Source: a virus
Lineage: Duplodnaviria; Caudoviricetes
Strand: one strand, 5' to 3'
Length of the DNA: 64,000 nucleotides
IMG/VR virus record: IMGVR_UViG_3300033069_000690
Location: 26,493-90,492 of that record
Position 1 is the first letter of the stretch. The number at the start of each line of letters is the position of its first letter. Below are positions 57,907 through 64,000 of the stretch, one piece after another. The translations under genes were made by a program, and so were the position numbers. Under the pieces are notes generated by a model, which was not told the origin of the DNA, ran no database searches, and saw only the letters and a list, made by a program, of their open reading frames with translations.

Positions 57907-59199
57907 TTAAAGAGTGATTGCTTTTAAACCAGCAGACTCGAAGTAAGGATTTAACTGAGCCAATAGTCCAGTTGACTGTGATGCTCCGTCTACTAAGTAT
58001 AAACGTAATTCTTCAGAAGAACGAACTGGTGCAGTAGCCGTAGCTGTTGCAAAGTTTTGGAACTGAAGTGAAATACAGTCATATACAGTAGTTGCAGTTA
58101 CAACATCTCCAGTTACGTTAGTACTTGAAGTAGCAGTTGTAGTAGCAGTACGTACAGCATCAGTACGGAAATCAGGAAGTGGAACAGTCATACGGTTTTG
58201 TTTCCCTTCAAAGCCCTGTGCAAAGCTTTCAAGTTCCGCAACCTGACGACCATCTCCTTGTCCCATAGAACGCTCTTGAGTCTTAGTGATAATAGTATCA
58301 CCGAATCCTTGCAATGAAACTGTGAAGCTCACACGCATGAATTTGAAGAAATCAAGTTTGTAGTCTAAAGGAAGAGCAGTTAAACGCACTCCATAATATG
58401 TACCTGGGGTTACAATAGCCATATCAGCATCAGCTGGTAAAGCCGCATTAGAAGACCCTTGGTAAGGCATATTAAGTAAGATATTAGCTCCTGATACAGA
58501 TACTACCTCATAAACAGGGATAGTAGCTCCTACACCAGATGTAGCGATACCAATACGAAGTAAGTCACCAGCAGATACACCATGCCCAGTATTTGAGAAT
58601 GATACATAAGGAGATCCTTTTACTACGCTTGCAGTATAACTAGCAGTCAATGTAGATGTAGTTGTAGAAGAGTTTAATACCTCAGCTTTGATTTTAGTAC
58701 CACCATCGATGTTAATTTGACGAGCCATGCTCAACGCTAATTTACGAGCTGTTGGGGTAGCATAAGTGTCAAAATATACGCGTTTATCTAATTGCTCAGA
58801 CCAGAACTCGATATCGTGATTGTACGTAATGTTAAGGAAGAAGTCGTTAGCAGCTGAAACATCAATGTTGTTTGTTCCAGATCCTACGAATCCGATGTGG
58901 TAGATTTGGTCTTGTCCTTGTGAACCATCAACTCCAGTAAATTTAGTTGTAGATTTACCATAAATCTTATTTGAATATTGGATAAAGTCCCCTGAGCGGA
59001 ATGCTAAGCGGATAAATTCAGAATCAGAAATAGTAGAGCCAGGTGTAAGATAAGTACCAGCTGAATTCAACGCCACGATCTCTCCATCAGCGATGTAGTT
59101 AGATGCGGTAGGCGCAGTTAGTTGTACAGATGCTCCAGTAGCAGCGATTGATTTACCAATCATGACTTGAAGCACGTTTTTTACAGATGTAACACTCAT
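57907..59199 (-). CDS. Auxiliary capsid/structural protein
   Basis: 430-aa beta-rich protein with high-expression codon usage in the capsid operon. Confidence 0.6.
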   Translation of the reverse strand: MSVTSVKNVLQVMIGKSIAATGASVQLTAPTASNYIADGEIVALNSAGTYLTPGSTISDSEFIRLAFRSGDFIQYSNKIYGKSTTKFTGVDGSQGQDQIYHIGFVGSGTNNIDVSAANDFFLNITYNHDIEFWSEQLDKRVYFDTYATPTARKLALSMARQINIDGGTKIKAEVLNSSTTTSTLTASYTASVVKGSPYVSFSNTGHGVSAGDLLRIGIATSGVGATIPVYEVVSVSGANILLNMPYQGSSNAALPADADMAIVTPGTYYGVRLTALPLDYKLDFFKFMRVSFTVSLQGFGDTIITKTQERSMGQGDGRQVAELESFAQGFEGKQNRMTVPLPDFRTDAVRTATTTATSSTNVTGDVVTATTVYDCISLQFQNFATATATAPVRSSEELRLYLVDGASQSTGLLAQLNPYFESAGLKAITL

Positions 59200-59232
59200 T
59201 TAAATGATTGTTTTAAAGTTAAAAATTGTGTA

Positions 59233-59673
59233 TTAGTTTAGTACGATAAATCGTATAGTTAGTGTACCACTTAATGCATTAGTTGCATGTGTGTTAACGA
59301 ATGTAAGAGCCACGCTTCCTGTACTAGGAACTACTTTTACTAAAACGGGTATACCATTAGTTACCAAAGTTCCAGAATAGTTCTCTATCCACGCTACTAC
59401 ATTTGATGTACTCTTAATAACAGAGTTAGTCAAAGTAATAGTTGCTGCCGTTACAGCAGCGGTAGTTAAAGAGGCTGTTACAATCTTACCAGTTGAGTTG
59501 TTAATAGTTGGAGTATTAGAACCTGAAGCAGTTTCTACGTCGTCTCCACCCATGCCATTTACAGCATCAATGATCGGGTTCACATCTGAAGCACGAGCAA
59601 AGATATTCTTTTGCTGAGTTAGCTGCAATTGTGCTTGACGACCACTATTACCTGTAATAATTTTTTGTAACAT
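59233..59673 (-). CDS. Small structural protein (head fibre/decoration-like)
   Basis: Thr/Asn/Val-rich, ...TITLTNSVI...LSGTLTIRFIV. Confidence 0.55.
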   Translation of the reverse strand: MLQKIITGNSGRQAQLQLTQQKNIFARASDVNPIIDAVNGMGGDDVETASGSNTPTINNSTGKIVTASLTTAAVTAATITLTNSVIKSTSNVVAWIENYSGTLVTNGIPVLVKVVPSTGSVALTFVNTHATNALSGTLTIRFIVLN

Positions 59674-59675
59674 TG

Positions 59676-60347
59676 TTAGTTGTTATTTTGTTGTGTAAGT
59701 CCTAGAGCTTGATGAGCTTCTTCTACAGCTATTTTAACTAGCCTTTCTTGTGCTTTACTTACTAACACACAAGGTGTATCAGCAATTGGAGACGCGTATT
59801 GAGAACCGTACTCTATTCTAGGGGGTTGTTGTATGTAATCTAAATGATATTGTATAATGGTAACACCAGGTGAGCTTATAAGCTCGAAGGTTTCATTACC
59901 ACTAATATTAGCACTTACAATGCGATGAATAACTTCTTCGCTTGGTTTGTTAAACGGATCATCCTTAATTATATTGTAACGATCACGTGTAATTGGTACA
60001 ACCTTTACTCGTTCAGTAACTGTGTTACCACACTTAGTATAAGTTATTGTAACCTCTTCAAGCAAACAAGAACGGTAGTCATTAGGTAATGGTACAAACG
60101 TAGAGTCCGGTTTATTTAAAGGACGGGTGTAAAAAGTAGAAGTTGTGTAAGGGAGCGTTATATTCTTTAACCAGTCCGCATATTCACCATTACTTTCTAC
60201 ACCTTCCTTTAATACGAAGTCTATTAGTTTTTCTTGACCTATACACAAGAACTCATCTATCGCCTCAGGCGTAAGTTCAGGATAGTTAAAGCTATCTATC
60301 TTGTCATAGAGTATCTTAAAACGTGTATGTAATTGGTCTAGAGTCAT
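59676..60347 (-). CDS. Head-tail connector ring protein
   Basis: LHTRFKILYDKIDS...PE...IDEFL..GQ, LPNDY, YHLDYIQQP, IAVE.A pattern. Confidence 0.72.
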   Translation of the reverse strand: MTLDQLHTRFKILYDKIDSFNYPELTPEAIDEFLCIGQEKLIDFVLKEGVESNGEYADWLKNITLPYTTSTFYTRPLNKPDSTFVPLPNDYRSCLLEEVTITYTKCGNTVTERVKVVPITRDRYNIIKDDPFNKPSEEVIHRIVSANISGNETFELISSPGVTIIQYHLDYIQQPPRIEYGSQYASPIADTPCVLVSKAQERLVKIAVEEAHQALGLTQQNNN

Positions 60348-61231
60348 TATTTATTATGTGCTTGTATTTTACCTAGTAAACTAACTTTGGCTTCCTCATA
60401 ATCAGCAGATGCAAGATTCATTAAGGTATTCAAATAACTATCCCCGATCTTCTCACCACCATTGATGTAGTACTTTTGTCCTTGTTTTTGAACTGCTTTA
60501 ATTTCTAAACAGCTCTTCAAGAAGATAGCTTCTTTATAGTAAGGATTATCAAATACATCCAAGAATGCTTTAGGTGAACGCTCGATTATATTACCGATTG
60601 CAGCATCAATAAAGTCAGCATTAGCTGTTTTAGTAACACTGTATTTTCCTTCTTCATACACTTTTAGGTAATCCATTCTCTCTTGAGTAGACATAGTAGC
60701 TAACTTAGCGTAAGCCATTGTTCTAACCTTAAGAGCATTTGCTTCAGCAGATTTCTCCACTTCAGTAGATGAGATCACAAACTCTGTATGTGATTTTAAA
60801 GAAGCCTCAGCAAGTGAGTTTGCAACCTTAGTAGAAGCCTTTAAGACACATAGAATAAGTTTATTCTTGATGTCGTGATCACAGTTAAGGATCAAGCCTT
60901 CTGTTGGGATGTTAATGAAGAACTTACTCCAGTATGCATCATTGTACGGTGACAACGACCCAGCAGGGAGATTCATAGCTTCTTCAAACGCAACTTGTTG
61001 AGCTTTGGTTAATCCGGTAATATGTACACCTGATGTAGGATGTAACTCTGTAGTAAGCAGAGTGTATGTTCCTTCATGTAAGTTTCTACCATCTTTATTA
61101 CCAGACATTCCTGATAACCAAGTTTTACGGGTAGGACGTACAATGAACAGTCCTCTAATCTTATCTAGTTCGCTTATTTCCACCTCTGGTGCAATAGCTT
61201 TTGTTTTTTCTTCAACACTTTTCATCTTCAC
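60347..61231 (-). CDS. Capsid auxiliary protein immediately downstream of the MCP
   Basis: Position after the MCP; PYND.YW, L.L.C, A..LKVR.MAY pattern. Confidence 0.6.
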   Translation of the reverse strand: MKMKSVEEKTKAIAPEVEISELDKIRGLFIVRPTRKTWLSGMSGNKDGRNLHEGTYTLLTTELHPTSGVHITGLTKAQQVAFEEAMNLPAGSLSPYNDAYWSKFFINIPTEGLILNCDHDIKNKLILCVLKASTKVANSLAEASLKSHTEFVISSTEVEKSAEANALKVRTMAYAKLATMSTQERMDYLKVYEEGKYSVTKTANADFIDAAIGNIIERSPKAFLDVFDNPYYKEAIFLKSCLEIKAVQKQGQKYYINGGEKIGDSYLNTLMNLASADYEEAKVSLLGKIQAHNK

Positions 61232-61242
61232 ATTATAAGTTA

Positions 61243-62688
61243 TTAATATTCAGTTGCAACGTTTTTAATTAATTCGCATGCACTTAGAGGGTTCGATAAC
61301 ATCACAGATTCTGTAGTCATGTATTTTACTTCATAACCGTCGATAGCCGCAGACATTAATCCACCACTATTTGGGCCGTAAGGAGAAGTAAGACCAGCTA
61401 CATAACCTTTAAGTTCTGTACGTCCTTTAGGTACTACACGTTGAATATTAGGGTTACCGTTGCTTGTACCAATATTCATAATTGTCATACGATAGTTCTC
61501 AGTGAAACCACCATCAGGGTCACGGAGACGGTTATCAATAGGATCATCATACTCAGGCATGTGCATGATATTCCATTTGATTCCTTGAGGCCCCATGAAT
61601 GAACGGTATTGTCCGCCGAATCCCATGTCTTGACCAGAACCATAAACACGCTTAGAATCAAGTGGCTGGAACATAGCTACTTTATCTTCGATTAGTTTAT
61701 GGAACGCTAACATACCACGCTCACCAGTCATGATTAAGAATTCACGACGATCTTCAGATAGAATGTTAATCGAAAGCTGTAAACCAACTTCCATTAAGTA
61801 ATCTAGTGATAGCTTATTGTAGTAGAAACGATAAGAAGGAGAAATCTGATCACGGAGACCAGCTGACTGCTTAATAGTTTCGCCGTTACCAGCTTTGTTT
61901 ACATAAGTACCATCACTACGTTTGTTTGATTTACCGTAGAAGAGAACGTTGTTCTTTTCACGCATCCATTGCCAGTCACAAACAGCTTCTTGCCAACGAG
62001 TCCAAGTAACTACTTCTTCTCCTGATGGAGTTTTCATCTTAATCAAAAGAGGACGGTCATGCATGTTACCAGGCACGATGTATTCTTTAGAGATAGTTGT
62101 GAAGTCATTACGCATCTCGAAGTGAGAGCTGAATTGTGTACCACCGAATTCGTCAGTAAGTACGTTAGTTGTAACACTGTATTCCTTAGAAACTCGTCTT
62201 CCAGCAGAAAGTAATCCCGCAGGGATAGAGAAGTTTTGATCAGGACGCATGTGCTCTACAGTGTAGATCCAAGTAGTTCCATTAGGTCGTCCTTCGTCAA
62301 CAATACGAACACCGTATTCACGGTCATCGAAGATTAAGAAGTCAGATTTCTGGAAGAAACGCTCAACTAATTCGAGTTCGAATGGTTGATTAGCGATACC
62401 AGGATGCGCCATGTCAGGTGCAGTGTAACTAACAATAGCGATTGCCTTGCGGTCGTCGCCTTTCATTTTCCAGGAGTATTCTCCATCATGATCAAGAACT
62501 TTAGTAGGATATTTTCCTAGTAATGTCTGAACACCACGCATACCCATGTAATTGAATACCTCAACCATTGTGTCCATAACTTTCTGAACATCATTTTGGA
62601 AGATATTATATAAGTGGGTATCCTTTGTAAGTCCAGACCATGATTTTGCAAAACTTACCTGTAACGGTGAAATTTTTTGTGTTGCCAT
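61243..62688 (-). CDS. Major capsid protein (crAss-like, HK97 fold)
   Basis: 481 aa, strong codon bias (CGT, GGT, TTC, ATC), GETIKQSAGLRDQI, MTGERGM, MHMPEYDD. Follows an acidic scaffold-like gene. Confidence 0.8.
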   Translation of the reverse strand: MATQKISPLQVSFAKSWSGLTKDTHLYNIFQNDVQKVMDTMVEVFNYMGMRGVQTLLGKYPTKVLDHDGEYSWKMKGDDRKAIAIVSYTAPDMAHPGIANQPFELELVERFFQKSDFLIFDDREYGVRIVDEGRPNGTTWIYTVEHMRPDQNFSIPAGLLSAGRRVSKEYSVTTNVLTDEFGGTQFSSHFEMRNDFTTISKEYIVPGNMHDRPLLIKMKTPSGEEVVTWTRWQEAVCDWQWMREKNNVLFYGKSNKRSDGTYVNKAGNGETIKQSAGLRDQISPSYRFYYNKLSLDYLMEVGLQLSINILSEDRREFLIMTGERGMLAFHKLIEDKVAMFQPLDSKRVYGSGQDMGFGGQYRSFMGPQGIKWNIMHMPEYDDPIDNRLRDPDGGFTENYRMTIMNIGTSNGNPNIQRVVPKGRTELKGYVAGLTSPYGPNSGGLMSAAIDGYEVKYMTTESVMLSNPLSACELIKNVATEY

Positions 62689-62711
62689 AGTTTGTTTAAA
62701 TTATTTTGTGT

Positions 62712-63806
62712 TTAAATTTTTCTTTTTGATTTGATATAAGCAAGTGCCTTTTCAGCGTCACTCTTTAAATCTCTTGGTTTGTCTTGGTATGTAGATACTG
62801 AATTCTTAACTTGCTTAGTTACTTTTGTCTTAATCTTGTTCTCTATCTTAGATAGGTCACCTTTCATAAGGACAACAAACTGAGCTACTTTAAATTGCAT
62901 CTCAGGATCTGAGAGCATTCTTTGGTATTCAGTCATACCATCTTTACCTACTTTAGTTGTAGCCTCGAATAAACGTGGCTTATCATCTTTAGATAAAGGT
63001 ACTCCGTTGATAAACTCATTAGCTTGCTCAATCTTCGTTTTCAACATAGACAGGTTTTGAGCCTCTTGTTTTTCACGCATTTCTTGAGCCTTCTGAGCTT
63101 CCTTCTCCATCTCAGCAATCTGCTTTTCCTTATGGTTCTTAACGAACTTTAAGGCTTTAGTAGCTTGTTTACCTAATAGATTAGCATCCTTGTAAGTTTC
63201 AATAGTTTCCATAATATCCTCAGTTGACTCTCCCATTAAAGCTAATTGTTCTGCAACAATACGCTCTGCTAGAGTTTCATCTTCCTCAAGATCTTCAGCG
63301 GTAAGTTCACTCAAAGCATCTTTATCAGCCTCAATTTCTAAAAGGGCATCCAATGGGACTCCTTTCTTGAACTTCTCGTTGATCTCACGGATACGTGGAT
63401 CTAATGATTCTAGAGCTTTCTTTTCTAGGGAAGCTGCTAGCTTCTGCTCTACCCATTCTTCTGAGTCTTCAAACTCTTCTTCCTCAAACTCTTCTAACCA
63501 CCCCTTACTTTGTAAGTAAGTAGCCCAAGCTTTGTTTTCCGAGTCAATCTCAGTCTGTGTATTATCATCTGGTTGAGGAATCTCAATTTCCTCTTCTTCA
63601 TCATCCTCAACTACTTCCTCTTCAGGTTCTTCTGTTTCAGAAGCTTTAGGGGTAGGTTTAGAGAAATCTTCTAAGCTCTCTACTTCAGGAATGTCTACTT
63701 CTTCATCATTAAGAGTTTCCTTACTCTTACTAAAAGAAGCCATATCCTCAATGATAGGGAAATCGCTTGGTAATGATAGGTTTTCAAAATCTAATTTTTC
63801 TGCCAT
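62712..63806 (-). CDS. Acidic coiled-coil protein, scaffold-like
   Basis: Very E/D-rich N-half, helical C-half, basic C-terminal tip. Directly upstream of the MCP. Confidence 0.65.
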   Translation of the reverse strand: MAEKLDFENLSLPSDFPIIEDMASFSKSKETLNDEEVDIPEVESLEDFSKPTPKASETEEPEEEVVEDDEEEEIEIPQPDDNTQTEIDSENKAWATYLQSKGWLEEFEEEEFEDSEEWVEQKLAASLEKKALESLDPRIREINEKFKKGVPLDALLEIEADKDALSELTAEDLEEDETLAERIVAEQLALMGESTEDIMETIETYKDANLLGKQATKALKFVKNHKEKQIAEMEKEAQKAQEMREKQEAQNLSMLKTKIEQANEFINGVPLSKDDKPRLFEATTKVGKDGMTEYQRMLSDPEMQFKVAQFVVLMKGDLSKIENKIKTKVTKQVKNSVSTYQDKPRDLKSDAEKALAYIKSKRKI

Positions 63807-63835
63807 CTCTTTTCTTTCTTCACGTTAATTTTATG

Positions 63836-63867
63836 CAAAATTAGGTAAATGTGGTTGCTAGAACAAG
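63836..63867 (-). promoter_or_regulatory. Bacteroidota-type promoter upstream of the scaffold/capsid operon
   Basis: (C)TTG, 20 nt spacer, TAATTTTG on the - strand. Same geometry as the promoter at 49775-49806. Confidence 0.65.
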
Positions 63868-63919
63868 TACTTGGTTTAAAAAACTTTTTCTTTATATAGC
63901 AACCACACGTTTTTAGTCC

Positions 63920-64000
63920 TTAAAATTCAGTCCAATCCTGAGCATTAATCTTGTCAGTAAAGTACTGTGCAATAACTACTTGTTTCTTATCTGTGTTCGC
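63920..64000 (-). CDS. 3' end of a gene entering from beyond the window
   Basis: Open frame ANTDKKQVVIAQYFTDKINAQDWTEF ending in TAA at 63920-63922. Too short to assign. Confidence 0.4.
   Translation of the reverse strand, partial: ANTDKKQVVIAQYFTDKINAQDWTEF

Noticed and set aside
49919-61238. + strand ORFs at 49919, 52578, 54390, 57491 and 61005
   Set aside because: Antisense to well-supported structural or lysis genes; their apparent hydrophobicity mirrors Thr/Asn codons on the coding strand.
62712-63806. Acidic scaffold as the substrate of the ligase operon
   Set aside because: Glu-richness is normal for scaffolds, and nothing in the sequence links the two loci.
1-64000. Stop-codon reassignment (TAG or TGA), known in some crAss-like phages
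   Set aside because: Very long ORFs are intact in the standard code, and TAG (8311) and TGA (50542) end genes at sensible junctions. No suppressor tRNA was seen.
1-64000. tRNA, rRNA, CRISPR array, DGR, integrase or IS element
   Set aside because: Coding density leaves almost no room. I saw no cloverleaf, spaced repeats, reverse transcriptase or recombinase motifs. A tRNAscan or Infernal run would be needed to exclude small RNAs.

Overview
This 64 kb window is from an AT-rich, standard-code dsDNA phage most consistent with a crAss-like (Crassvirales) Bacteroidota phage. The + strand block (1-13.7 kb) holds a five-gene peptide/amide-ligase operon (ATP-grasp, two COOH-NH2 ligases, two class II glutamine amidotransferases), a T7-like endonuclease, a 5'-3' exonuclease and a class II ribonucleotide reductase. 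It ends at a pair of convergent terminators. The - strand block (13.8-64 kb) is the virion module: acidic scaffold-like protein, major capsid protein, auxiliary and ring proteins, collagen/SprB/beta-helix fibres, a lysis cassette, a metallophosphoesterase, the muzzle protein and the ejected cargo proteins. The cargo includes a 4868-aa RNA polymerase fused to an SF1 helicase and a zincin, and a 2030-aa polyvalent protein (GNAT, ART-like, zincin, nuclease). Main leads: (1) a start-less lysozyme-like frame at 34496-35143, missed by the ORF track and reachable by a -1 frameshift at A-AAC-CCC followed by a hairpin; (2) the terminator-bounded amidoligase operon, whose product is unknown; (3) the helicase-protease-RNAP fusion; (4) a 17-bp direct-repeat-flanked in-frame cassette in the polyvalent protein. 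All domain calls come from motifs read by eye; no database search was run.
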